Of a stretch of 64,000 bases of DNA, positions 35,947 to 45,769 are shown in pieces. The translations under genes and the position numbers were made by a program. Numbering within the stretch: position 1 is the first letter of the stretch; every line of letters begins with the position of its first letter. Source of the DNA: an uncultured Candidatus Poseidoniales archaeon (GTDB lineage: Archaea; Thermoplasmatota; Poseidoniia; Poseidoniales; Thalassarchaeaceae); assembly GCA_963968165.1 (NCBI GenBank), contig CAXAFE010000012.1, forward strand, positions 3,964-67,963, in the 5' to 3' direction. Below the pieces are notes generated by a model that did not search any database, had not been told where the DNA came from, and saw nothing but the letters and a program-made list of their open reading frames with translations.

Positions 35947-36987
35947 ATGCATGAACTTGGCCTAATTGGAGGGACTTTTGATAGATTTCATATCGGCCAT
36001 AAGAAATTAATAACTACTGCATTAAAGAAGTGTCAAAGATTAGAAATATGGATATTATCAGATTCTATAGCTAAGAGTAAAAATTTTAATATAAATAATT
36101 GGGATACAAGAAAAAATGAAATTATAGACAACCTTGATTCTAATCTAATAGATAGAATTGAGTTTGGAATATTAAATGATGACTATGGGCCAGCTCCATC
36201 TCATCCAAAGGCTACAGCAATAATATGTAGTGAAGAGACTTTGGAAATTTGTATAAAAATTAATAAAATAAGAAAAAATAAGTTATTGAACGCCTTGGAC
36301 ATTATTGAAGTTGGACATGCATTAGCATGGGATAAACGACCAGTTTCAAGTACAAGAATTAGAAATGGAGAAATTGATAGAAATGGTGACCATTGGAAAA
36401 TTAAATTAAAAAGGGGTGATACAATTTCTTATTGGAATGATGAATTATTAAAAATGACAAAAGAGGTTGAATATCTACTCAAGGAACCATTCGGAGAGTT
36501 GTTTGAAGGGCCGGAAGATAATCCAGAAATTGCAATGAATAAGATTATCAAGAAGTATGGTAATTTTGAATCCCAATTAATTGCAGTCGGCGATGTATCT
36601 GTATTGACTTTAGAAAAATTAAATCGGCCACCAGATATAGCAATTATAGATGGTAAAACAAAAAGAATAAAATGGATTGATTCCGAACTAATTAAACATA
36701 AAAATTATGATAGGGTGGTTTATTGCATTAATCAACCAGGGGAAATAACAAAATCATTATTTAATCAATGTAGGGAATCAATAAAATATTATATCGAAGA
36801 AGAAAAGACTAGTCTAATAATAATTGATGGAGAGGAAGATCTAGCCCCACTACTAATTCATCTCCTAGCTCCATTAAACACCATAGTTTTGTATGGGCAA
36901 CCGGACCGAGGAGTAGTTGTTAGAATCACAACAGAAGATGTAAAAAAGAGCTGTAAACAGATATTAGAAAAATTTGAGATAAAATAG
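35947..36987 (+). CDS. Fusion of phosphopantetheine adenylyltransferase (archaeal PPAT) and GTP-dependent dephospho-CoA kinase (DUF359-type)
   Basis: The N-terminal nucleotidyltransferase signature is GGTFDRFHIGH. The C-terminal half carries LIAVGDVSVLTL...PPDIAIIDGKTKR, typical of the DUF359/archaeal DPCK family. Confidence 0.7.
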   Translation: MHELGLIGGTFDRFHIGHKKLITTALKKCQRLEIWILSDSIAKSKNFNINNWDTRKNEIIDNLDSNLIDRIEFGILNDDYGPAPSHPKATAIICSEETLEICIKINKIRKNKLLNALDIIEVGHALAWDKRPVSSTRIRNGEIDRNGDHWKIKLKRGDTISYWNDELLKMTKEVEYLLKEPFGELFEGPEDNPEIAMNKIIKKYGNFESQLIAVGDVSVLTLEKLNRPPDIAIIDGKTKRIKWIDSELIKHKNYDRVVYCINQPGEITKSLFNQCRESIKYYIEEEKTSLIIIDGEEDLAPLLIHLLAPLNTIVLYGQPDRGVVVRITTEDVKKSCKQILEKFEIK

Positions 36988-37551
36988 TTAATTGTTTGAA
37001 TCATCTAATATGTTGAGGCCAATTCCGAATGCAACAAATGTAATCATTACTGAGTAAACGCCCGGGTCAACCCATGTATTGTATAATGAGCACCATGCAA
37101 CATAAAAGATAATTCCCATTATTATTAACCAACAAGATAGGGCTTTCATAATACCATTTTCAAGAGTAGTGGAGTTATTTCTGAAAGCAATTAAATTAGA
37201 TTGGAGGAAAACTATTAAGGAGATATTGTCTCCTTTTTCTCTCTTTTCCATGGAATTACGAATACCCATTATACCCAATGCACACAATAAAATATTGACT
37301 ACCAAAAAAAGTATATCGCCCGATACAATATCCATAACTTCCGTGTTAGAATCTCCGGATTTGAAAAGAAAACCTGGCCAAAGAACTTTTCTTCCTGGAG
37401 AATATGCACCAAATATCAGATTGATAAAAGATAGTAGTATGCCCCACAATCCGATTAATGTTGCAGATAAGGACAGTGGCATACTAGGCCTTTTCAAAGT
37501 AGACCTCCAGTCATCAGCATCGGTCTTCATTATACCTACCCAATTGCCCAC
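36988..37551 (-). CDS. Membrane protein, unknown function
   Basis: 187 aa with four or five hydrophobic segments. Its stop directly abuts the convergent coaD-like gene end. Confidence 0.5.
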   Translation of the reverse strand: MGNWVGIMKTDADDWRSTLKRPSMPLSLSATLIGLWGILLSFINLIFGAYSPGRKVLWPGFLFKSGDSNTEVMDIVSGDILFLVVNILLCALGIMGIRNSMEKREKGDNISLIVFLQSNLIAFRNNSTTLENGIMKALSCWLIIMGIIFYVAWCSLYNTWVDPGVYSVMITFVAFGIGLNILDDSNN

Positions 37552-37584
37552 TTGGTATAATGATTATCGAGAGTCGAGATTACT

Positions 37585-38829
37585 CTACAATTGTGATTGA
37601 AGTTTATATTTGCCCATAGATGCTTCATTGACCAACGGTTCATGTTCACTCATCAGCGATATAGCATCGATTGCTTTTGGTATTGCTGAATTCACTTGTT
37701 TGCTTCTTCCCCCACGGCCCTTACTGACATTTCTAGCCATTATTAGTCCTAATGTATCCAGTTCGTTCAGGAGTGCTGAAACCCTCCTAGTTGTGAGTGG
37801 ATCTACTTGAATCTTGAAGCAAGCATCTGAATATGTACGATATATATCTCCAGTTATTATATTTCGTAAACCATTTTGTTCATTGAGACATACCGAAAAT
37901 AAAACTAATTTCTGATGTAATGGTAATGTTTTGAGGACTGGAGTTACTTGATCATATTCAAGTTGACTTTGTGCCATCTTAACGTGTCTAGTATCTACCT
38001 TGATCTGAGAACTTTGTTCCGCTTTTTGTACTGAAATACGTAGGAGATCTAATGCCCTTCTTGCATCGCCGTGTTCTTGTGCGGCCAGTGCGGCACATAA
38101 ATCAACTACCCCGGTTTTTAATACCTCTAATTTTAACCCAGTCTCTACTCTCTCGGAGAGTATATTTTTTATTTCTAATGCTCCATAAGGATGAAAGACA
38201 ATGTCTTCTTGACTTAATCTTGATGTCACCCTTGGATCTAATTGTTGAGTAAAATTCAAATCGTTACTTATTCCAATTATACAACATCGAGCATTTTTTA
38301 ATCTAGTGTTAAGATTTGTTAAATTATACAGCAACCCATCGCCGGCCCTCGAAACTAAATTATCGATTTCATCAAGGACTATTATGTGGACTCCTCCGAG
38401 TCTATCCATTCGATGTATTAGAGTGTCTAGGACGCGATCGGTTGGCCATCCAGTGAATGGAATTACTTGGTCTCCTCTTTCATTAAGTTGGGACGCCATA
38501 TATTGGACAACTCTGTATTTAGTATCAATACTTCTGCAATTAATTTCATAGGTGCAGACATTCTGATTTAACTCACTACCTTTCTCTCTGAGTTGCGCCA
38601 ATACATACCTTGTTACTACGGTCTTACCAGCCCCTGGTACACCATATAGTAGCATATTTGAAGGAATATGCCCTTGTAATGCATCCACTAGATTTTTTAC
38701 TAGTGAACCAACTTCGTGTTCACGGTGTGGAAGACGTGAGGGTTCGAAGCCGTGTTCGAATGCTTTTCTATCAACAAACAAGCTTTCTTGTCCGAGAATT
38801 TTTTCAAAAATATTCCCATCCATAATCAA
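37585..38829 (-). CDS. cdc6: Orc1/Cdc6 replication initiator
   Basis: AAA+ Walker A YGVPGAGKT, Walker B IIVLDEIDNL, sensor regions, and a C-terminal winged helix (...LNELDTLGLIMARNVSKGRGGRSKQ). Confidence 0.95.
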   Translation of the reverse strand: MIMDGNIFEKILGQESLFVDRKAFEHGFEPSRLPHREHEVGSLVKNLVDALQGHIPSNMLLYGVPGAGKTVVTRYVLAQLREKGSELNQNVCTYEINCRSIDTKYRVVQYMASQLNERGDQVIPFTGWPTDRVLDTLIHRMDRLGGVHIIVLDEIDNLVSRAGDGLLYNLTNLNTRLKNARCCIIGISNDLNFTQQLDPRVTSRLSQEDIVFHPYGALEIKNILSERVETGLKLEVLKTGVVDLCAALAAQEHGDARRALDLLRISVQKAEQSSQIKVDTRHVKMAQSQLEYDQVTPVLKTLPLHQKLVLFSVCLNEQNGLRNIITGDIYRTYSDACFKIQVDPLTTRRVSALLNELDTLGLIMARNVSKGRGGRSKQVNSAIPKAIDAISLMSEHEPLVNEASMGKYKLQSQL

Positions 38830-38995
38830 TCAAAGCCGTTATTATTATACTATAAAGCACATATTTATCTTACCTAGTAAATTGCGCGCAAGCATATGTC
38901 TTCAAGCGAGTAAGTCAAAGATAATAAGTGTGACTTAGGAGATTGAATTATGAACAATTTTTATGCACCTTAAATAGGAAAAAAAAACATATTAA

Positions 38996-39793
38996 TTAAA
39001 ATAATTTTTTACAAATTTTAAAGGTACCATCATCAGATAAATCAAGAAAATCCCCATCTTCCAATTGATGAACGCTATTTGGAAGATTTGGAATTATGAA
39101 TCCATTGTCACTGGCAATTCCACGTGCATAGGAATGAGTTACTAGAATTGATTTACCTGGAAATCTTTTGGAAAAGGATATGACATCTTTTGGAGTATGA
39201 TGGTATGGAAAATCACCAATATCGGGCATACCCATTTCCAATATTATGACGTCTGCTGATTTAGCCCTAACTTCTATTTCATTGCAGGGTCCTGAGTCAC
39301 CACAATGTAGTACAGAAAAACCATTTTTATGAGTTAGCAAATAACCATGAGGATCTGTTTCTGGAGTATGGCAAACTGAAAATCTCTCGTATTTCCAATC
39401 AGTACCTGAAATTATAGATTTTTCATCTTCATTCCAATTTATCATGGAATCATAATCATTCTCTAAACTCCCAGGGAATCCAAGATTGCATAGAGTGGTC
39501 AGGAAATTTTTACCATTTGGCCTAAGATGCAATGTTAATTTATTTCCTTCTTTTGACGTAGGAATATACTTTCTTTCAAGTAAGAAAAATGGAAAACCGA
39601 AAGTATGGTCAGCGTGCCAATGAGTGAATAGTATGTGAGTAATAGCTGAAGGTTCAATCCCACTACATCGTAACTGATAAATGAGACTAGGGGGCGCGTC
39701 AATTATTATTTTTTTATCTATGACGGCTAGAGCATGAAGTCTTCCAGGAGGACTGAATGCATTACCGGTACCAAGAAAGTCGATACGGGCCAT
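38996..39793 (-). CDS. Metallo-beta-lactamase-fold hydrolase
   Basis: HWHADH metal-binding motif, with later conserved H/D positions (HCGDSG, THSY). Confidence 0.75.
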   Translation of the reverse strand: MARIDFLGTGNAFSPPGRLHALAVIDKKIIIDAPPSLIYQLRCSGIEPSAITHILFTHWHADHTFGFPFFLLERKYIPTSKEGNKLTLHLRPNGKNFLTTLCNLGFPGSLENDYDSMINWNEDEKSIISGTDWKYERFSVCHTPETDPHGYLLTHKNGFSVLHCGDSGPCNEIEVRAKSADVIILEMGMPDIGDFPYHHTPKDVISFSKRFPGKSILVTHSYARGIASDNGFIIPNLPNSVHQLEDGDFLDLSDDGTFKICKKLF

Positions 39794-39918
39794 GGTTCTC
39801 GACTAAGGGCTTATGACTTTACTTAATCGCTTGCAATAGTGTAATTTGTCTAATCTTTCCTTGCATCCATTGATAAACTGGTTTCATCTCGGTCGACTCA
39901 AGAAAAAGGTGTGTCAAA

Positions 39919-41754
39919 TTGTCTGAAACTCGTTCAATACTAATTCTCTATGGGTCCCAATCTGGTAACTCTGAAGATATTGCAATGCAAACTGGTAATC
40001 AATCTAAGAATCACAACTTAGAACCCGTCATTAGGTCAATGGATGAGATAACAATCTCGGATTTGACTAATCAAAAAAGAGTTCTTATTTGTTGTAGCAC
40101 ATGGGGAGATGGAGAGCAACCGGATAATGCAGAAGATTTGTGGGAGGAAGCCAACAATTCTTCCATCAGTTCCTTGGAGGGACTTCATTTTTCAGTGCTT
40201 GCACTCGGAGATTCTTCCTATGATCTATTTTGTGAATCTGGAAAAGAATGGGATAAATGGTTAGAGTCAAAGGGTGCCACAAGAATACACGATCGTGTAG
40301 ATTGTGATGTAGATTTCGAAGAGCCAGCTCAAGAATGGTCAAATGCTGTTCTAGAAAAAATGGAAAAAATTGAAAATGATAAACTTGTTATTGATAATGA
40401 TGTAATAAACGACATACCGGTTATCGAAGATAAAATAGAAAAAGTAGTTCCTGAAAAAAAGGATATAGACAAAAAAATGCAATGGAGCGCTAAAAACCCA
40501 TTTATATCCAAACTTACAGAAAATTATGTTTTAAATGGTGAAAATTCAGGTAAAGAAACTCGCCATATAGTTTTCAATTTAGGAGATTCAAAATTAGAAT
40601 ACAAAGCAGGTGATGCATTGGGAGTGATACCTATCTGTCCACCCGAAATTGTAGACAGGCTTCTATTATTGTGTAATTTTCATGGAGATGAGGAAGTTGA
40701 GACAAATTTAGGCATTTGTACAATAAGAGAGGCATTATCCACTAGATATGAAATTCATAGAGTATCCAAAAAATGGATTAATATGTTAGGAAATCATATA
40801 AACAGTGATTCTGAGAAAATAGAGTTTAAAATTGTGAAAAGACAACGAACTTCAGAAGAAAGTGGTGCATTAATGATTGATTGGGAAGGCACAGGGAATG
40901 GAGAAGATACCCCTCCGGATTATTTGGAGATCGGGGCTATAAGTAGTCCTAGTTCTGAACTTTGGAATAAACTGACCACCGAGGTTGATGCGATGGAAGA
41001 TTATATGTGGACCAGGGATTATGTAGATGCACTTGAAGATTTCAATGAAATTATATTCACTCCTCAAGAATTTATTAATGGGATGGATAGATTGAAACCT
41101 AGATTATATTCCATCGCGAGTAGTCCTGACTTTGAGCCAGGTACGGTTCATTTAACTGTAGGAATTGTAAGATATAGTTATCATGATAGAGATAGAGCAG
41201 GCCTAACTACCGGATATCTTTCCGACCGGTGTGAAGTTGAAGATACACCTATTGGAGTTTTCATGTCTCCAACTAGATCATTCATTCTTCCAAAAAATGG
41301 AGATGATGATTGCATAATGGTTGGACCCGGAACAGGGATTGCACCATTTAGAGCATTTCTTCAACAGCGTGACATAAATAATGACAAAGGTAGAAATTGG
41401 TTATTCTTTGGAGATTGGACAGAAGAAGGAGAAAATTACTACAAAGAAGAAATGGATGATTGGAAGCAACGAGGAGTCCTTACCAAACATGATCTTGCAT
41501 GGTCCAGAGATGGTTCGGAAAAAGTCTATGTGCAACATCTAATGGAAAAAAATGGTAAAGAAATATGGAACTGGATAGATAATGGTGGTTATTTTTATGT
41601 CTGTGGAGATAAATCTAGAATGGCTAAAGACGTACATAAAACTTTGATTAGAATATGTGAAAATCATGGTAATATGACAAATACCGATGCCATAGAATAC
41701 GTCGAAACGACCCTAATGAAATCAGAAAAAAGATATCTTAGAGATGTATACTGA
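39919..41754 (+). CDS. Diflavin reductase (CysJ / cytochrome-P450-reductase-like: flavodoxin + FAD/NADPH domains)
   Basis: TTG start. FMN domain ILILYGSQSGNSE...LGDSSY. FAD-binding RLYSIASSP. NADPH-binding MVGPGTGIAPFRAF. The C-terminus is RYLRDVY. Confidence 0.85.
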   Translation: MSETRSILILYGSQSGNSEDIAMQTGNQSKNHNLEPVIRSMDEITISDLTNQKRVLICCSTWGDGEQPDNAEDLWEEANNSSISSLEGLHFSVLALGDSSYDLFCESGKEWDKWLESKGATRIHDRVDCDVDFEEPAQEWSNAVLEKMEKIENDKLVIDNDVINDIPVIEDKIEKVVPEKKDIDKKMQWSAKNPFISKLTENYVLNGENSGKETRHIVFNLGDSKLEYKAGDALGVIPICPPEIVDRLLLLCNFHGDEEVETNLGICTIREALSTRYEIHRVSKKWINMLGNHINSDSEKIEFKIVKRQRTSEESGALMIDWEGTGNGEDTPPDYLEIGAISSPSSELWNKLTTEVDAMEDYMWTRDYVDALEDFNEIIFTPQEFINGMDRLKPRLYSIASSPDFEPGTVHLTVGIVRYSYHDRDRAGLTTGYLSDRCEVEDTPIGVFMSPTRSFILPKNGDDDCIMVGPGTGIAPFRAFLQQRDINNDKGRNWLFFGDWTEEGENYYKEEMDDWKQRGVLTKHDLAWSRDGSEKVYVQHLMEKNGKEIWNWIDNGGYFYVCGDKSRMAKDVHKTLIRICENHGNMTNTDAIEYVETTLMKSEKRYLRDVY

Positions 41755-41765
41755 ATAATTAAATG

Positions 41766-41791
41766 TCTCCTTACATTCCAGTGTAAGGAGA
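41766..41791 (+). terminator. Perfect 10-bp hairpin downstream of the reductase gene that also sequesters the accC Shine-Dalgarno
   Basis: TCTCCTTACA-ttccag-TGTAAGGAGA. The 3' arm contains AAGGAGA, 7 nt before the accC ATG (41798). Confidence 0.5.
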
Positions 41792-41797
41792 TATTAG

Positions 41798-43141
41798 ATG
41801 TTTCGACGTGTGCTAATCGCAAATAGAGGAGAAATAGCTCTTAGAATATTAAGATCTCTTCGTTCTATGAATGTCGAAGTAGTTATGATTTATGGCAAAG
41901 ATGATAGGTTATCTTTACCAGTCAGATTGGCAGATGAAGCAATATATATTCCACATAGCGATCCTTTGGCATCGTACTTAGATATAGAGAAAATAGTGCA
42001 AATAGCAGTAAATATTGGCGCTGATGCTGTGCACCCTGGTTATGGCTTTTTGGCCGAGAATCCTACATTCGCCAGAAGATTAGATGAAGAAGGTATAAAA
42101 TTTATTGGACCGAATGAAAAAGTCCTTAGACTCTTAGGAGATAAAATTTCCGCAAGGGAACTAATGAGTAAAGCCGGTCTGCCAATCGCCAAAGGGACTA
42201 ACAAGCCAGTAGAAAGTCTGGAGCAGGCACTCGGGGCTGCAAGAGACATAGGTTTTCCACTAATAATCAAAGCAGCTGCCGGAGGAGGAGGTATTGGAAT
42301 GCAAATAGTAGAATACGAAAATGATTTTGAGAGTGCTTTGAATCTCTGCCAGGGTAGGGCTTTGTCTGCATTTGGAGATGATAGAGTATTCATAGAGAAA
42401 TTTATTGAGGGTGCGCAGCATATAGAATTTCAAGTTTTAGCAGATGGTAAGGATGCAATATATTTTGGAGAACGATGTTGTTCAATCCAGAGGCGGCACC
42501 AAAAAATTATTGAAGAGGGGCCATGGTTATCGGAAGATGTCAGGAGAAAAATTGGAGAAATCGTTGTTCAAGGTGCAAAGTCTGTCAATTATGAAGGCCT
42601 GGCTACATTTGAATTTCTAAGAGATAAAAATGAAGATTTTTATTTTTTAGAAGTCAATCCAAGAGTACAAGTCGAGCACACTGTAACAGAAATGATTGCA
42701 GGGGTTGACCTCGTTGCGTTAGGTGTAAGAATTGCTGCAGGAGAAAAAATATCTCTCAAACAAGATGATATTTCGCTGAATGGGCATGCTATCCAAGTAA
42801 GAATTAATGCAGAAAATTCCTCCACATTGGAACCTTCTCCTGGTAAAATTTGGGAATGTATTTGGCCTGGAGGGCAAGGTGTTAGAATAGATTCACACGT
42901 ACATACTGGATACAATATACCCTCGTCATTTGATTCCTTAATTGCAAAAATAATATGTTGGGGGCCAACAAGAAATGATGCCATAAATAAAATGAGGGCC
43001 GCACTTGATGAGGTGATTTTGACAGGTGTAGATACATTAATTCCTTTACATAAAAATATATTAAACGAAGTAGATTTTAATAATCGTGATATAACAATTA
43101 ATTACTTAGAAGAACACCCAGAACTAATGGAGAGAAAATAG
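41798..43141 (+). CDS. accC: Biotin carboxylase (AccC / PycA-type)
   Basis: Motifs are RVLIANRGEIALRI, the ATP-grasp KAAAGGGGIGMQIV, and EVNPRVQVEHTVTE. Confidence 0.95.
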   Translation: MFRRVLIANRGEIALRILRSLRSMNVEVVMIYGKDDRLSLPVRLADEAIYIPHSDPLASYLDIEKIVQIAVNIGADAVHPGYGFLAENPTFARRLDEEGIKFIGPNEKVLRLLGDKISARELMSKAGLPIAKGTNKPVESLEQALGAARDIGFPLIIKAAAGGGGIGMQIVEYENDFESALNLCQGRALSAFGDDRVFIEKFIEGAQHIEFQVLADGKDAIYFGERCCSIQRRHQKIIEEGPWLSEDVRRKIGEIVVQGAKSVNYEGLATFEFLRDKNEDFYFLEVNPRVQVEHTVTEMIAGVDLVALGVRIAAGEKISLKQDDISLNGHAIQVRINAENSSTLEPSPGKIWECIWPGGQGVRIDSHVHTGYNIPSSFDSLIAKIICWGPTRNDAINKMRAALDEVILTGVDTLIPLHKNILNEVDFNNRDITINYLEEHPELMERK

Positions 43142-44107
43142 ATGGAATTAGTTATTGTTGGAAGTATTGGATATGATGACCTAGAAACTCCTAAAGAAAC
43201 CGGATCTGATATTTTAGGAGGTTCGGCGGTTCATTCAAGTATATCTGCAGTTTTTCATTTGCCTAAACTTCCAGGATTACCAGCAAGAGTTGGAATCATG
43301 GGCCCAATTGGAATTGATTTCCAAGATGAAGATTCGAAAATAATGGAAGATAAAGGATTAAATATTGCTGGAATAGAAAGACTCAATGGTAAAACATTTA
43401 GGTGGTCTGGAAAGTATGAGGGTTCTATGGAAAATGCAGAAACTATTTCTACAGAAGTAAATGTTTTGGGAGATTATGTGCCAAAGATACCAGTTATATG
43501 GAAGAATCCTGAAATATTGTTCTGTGCTAATATGCACCCATCATCTCAGATTTCAGTATTAGAACAATGTAGTGATGTGCACATATCAGCATTAGATACA
43601 TTCATGTTGTGGATAGATAATGAATTTGAAGAGTTATCGGCAGCATTAAGAAAAGTCGATATAGCAATATTAAATGAAGAAGAAGTTTGTGCAATAGCAA
43701 ATGAAGGCATACTGACATTGGCTGCTGAAAAAATAATATCGGGTGAAGCATTACATGGAAGTAAGATTGCTGGAAAAGGACCTAGGGGCCTAATAATAAA
43801 AAGAGGCAGTTCAGGAGTTCTCGCATATATGCCATGTGGTATTATCGTATTACCTGCATACCCCACTAAGAAAATAATTGATCCTACGGGCTGTGGAGAT
43901 TCATTTGCAGGTGCATTTTTGTCGAATATTATTGGAAGCTCGGGAGTAATGGAAGATAGAGATATCTTGAGAAATGCATTGATTCATGCTACTATAACTG
44001 CGTCATTCGCAATAGAGGGATTGGGTTCAAAAAATATAATTAATCTACAAAGAGGTATTTATCATGCAAGAATGGATGAATATAGAAGAATGGTCGGCCT
44101 ACAATAA
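43142..44107 (+). CDS. PfkB/ribokinase-family carbohydrate or nucleoside kinase
   Basis: N-terminal VGSIGYD...GGSA and C-terminal DPTGCGDSFAGAF motifs. The ATG directly follows the accC stop. Confidence 0.8.
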   Translation: MELVIVGSIGYDDLETPKETGSDILGGSAVHSSISAVFHLPKLPGLPARVGIMGPIGIDFQDEDSKIMEDKGLNIAGIERLNGKTFRWSGKYEGSMENAETISTEVNVLGDYVPKIPVIWKNPEILFCANMHPSSQISVLEQCSDVHISALDTFMLWIDNEFEELSAALRKVDIAILNEEEVCAIANEGILTLAAEKIISGEALHGSKIAGKGPRGLIIKRGSSGVLAYMPCGIIVLPAYPTKKIIDPTGCGDSFAGAFLSNIIGSSGVMEDRDILRNALIHATITASFAIEGLGSKNIINLQRGIYHARMDEYRRMVGLQ

Positions 44108-45688
44108 TTTCTTTATTCCAGGCATAATATTGCCACTAGATTTAGAGTTTGATGAACGAAGTTGGTTGAATCTAAGATCAGAATGTTTTTCAATCTGGTG
44201 CCCACCATTCAAAACTCTTGAGGTTATCTGATTTAAGGCTTTTTTTGCAGATTCATTAGAATTATTATTACGCTGTAATCTTCTAACTCTAATTCCCACA
44301 TCTGACTGATGCTCTTGATCTGATCTAAGTCTTAGATGTTGGGATGTTTGGAATCTAGCATCCGGATCCGCCAAATAGTTTGAGGAGTCTTTAAATTTTA
44401 ATTTATTATTTTGAGAAGATGGTCGTAATAATCTGTCAATCCAACTTATTTTACTATTCAAAGTACTGTTTAAATTTAGTTTAATTCTAGAATCTGCCCT
44501 TTTGTAAGCCAAATTTCTTAGTGCAGGGTACTCTTCTAGATTTGATGTTCTTAGAGTATAATTCAATTCATTATTTTTTATTTTTAATTCTTGAGTTGCT
44601 CTTGCTTGATTTACAATCCCTGGTTTACATTCTTCTCTTACTGCAGCTTTATTTGGACTTGGTAATTTATATGATATTCCATAATCATCATCCGGTTCCC
44701 CATGCGACTCATATGCTCTTTTAATCATCTGAGAACTAGAAATTGAAGATTCAGTTTCGTCGGTAATTATTGGAAAATTCATATTGATATCATTTTCTAC
44801 AACCATATTGTTATCCTCATATGAGTCAGAGTCAAAAAGGCCACCAAACATATCTGTTTTTGAGCCAAACATATCTAATTGATCAGCAGCTTCTGTTAAA
44901 ACAGAATCTATGCGAGTATGTCCTTCGGCTTTATCTTCCTTTTCTGAGTACCAAGGAGGAGGGGTGCGCCCACCCCACGCTGCCTCATATGCAGATTCAT
45001 TGTTTAATATGGAGTCAGAATGGAATTTAGAATTTTCAGATTCCTCAATATCTTTTTCTAGGGTGTTATTATGTTTTATTTGATGTTGATTACCATTATT
45101 TAATGGGAAAACATTATTCTGATTTAATTGTAGTTGTGATATACTGTCTTTACTATTTTCAAGATCTACTCCCTGTATATTTGAAATAGAAGGGTATTTT
45201 GGTATTTCATTATCTAAATTTTCAAGACCTAGTTTTGCTTCATTGATATCAAGGCCGCTGGAGATTCTAGAAATCATAATTGCAAGCCTCAATAGTACAC
45301 CATTACTTCCAGATATGAGATGTCTATTTCCAGAGAATGTTTCAATCGCCATTATGGGATATCTGGAATAAGTATGAAGAGAAATAGCAAATATCCCTAG
45401 AAAAATAGGAATTAAAGCGAATGGTAATGTCATAGCAGAGATTCCGAGACCGATTGAGATTATACCAAGAGGTACGAGCCCGTTAGGGAGATATGGAATT
45501 TTTAGAGCCCTAGTTTCATTAATACTTGCTAAGTTTAATCTAAGTCCTTTTCCATCTATCCTCTCAAGTGTTAATTGCTTCTCAGAAAGTACAGCGCAAA
45601 AGTTTCCTTTAACCCCGACGAGGGAAAGGTTCCCGATTAACTCGGTTTTCCCCTCCCCAGTCGGGCTGTTAAGCCCAGCTGAATACAT
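44099..45688 (-). CDS. Hypothetical membrane protein with long low-complexity cytoplasmic/extracellular tail
   Basis: 529 aa. Two to three TM segments at about residues 70-125, followed by an N/S/Q/D-rich tail without motifs. Confidence 0.45.
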   Translation of the reverse strand: MYSAGLNSPTGEGKTELIGNLSLVGVKGNFCAVLSEKQLTLERIDGKGLRLNLASINETRALKIPYLPNGLVPLGIISIGLGISAMTLPFALIPIFLGIFAISLHTYSRYPIMAIETFSGNRHLISGSNGVLLRLAIMISRISSGLDINEAKLGLENLDNEIPKYPSISNIQGVDLENSKDSISQLQLNQNNVFPLNNGNQHQIKHNNTLEKDIEESENSKFHSDSILNNESAYEAAWGGRTPPPWYSEKEDKAEGHTRIDSVLTEAADQLDMFGSKTDMFGGLFDSDSYEDNNMVVENDINMNFPIITDETESSISSSQMIKRAYESHGEPDDDYGISYKLPSPNKAAVREECKPGIVNQARATQELKIKNNELNYTLRTSNLEEYPALRNLAYKRADSRIKLNLNSTLNSKISWIDRLLRPSSQNNKLKFKDSSNYLADPDARFQTSQHLRLRSDQEHQSDVGIRVRRLQRNNNSNESAKKALNQITSRVLNGGHQIEKHSDLRFNQLRSSNSKSSGNIMPGIKKLL

Positions 45689-45769
45689 CCAATTATTGCA
45701 GGGTGACTCTTATGGTATAAAATAAACCTAAGACTACGCTATAAATTATGGATTTGTAATACTTTCATA

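Noticed and set aside
38830-38995. Replication origin immediately upstream of orc1/cdc6
   Set aside because: The region is short and lacks repeated ORB or mini-ORB boxes by eye. Only a single GC palindrome and promoter/terminator-like A/T tracts are seen. I have kept it as a low-interest note rather than a feature.
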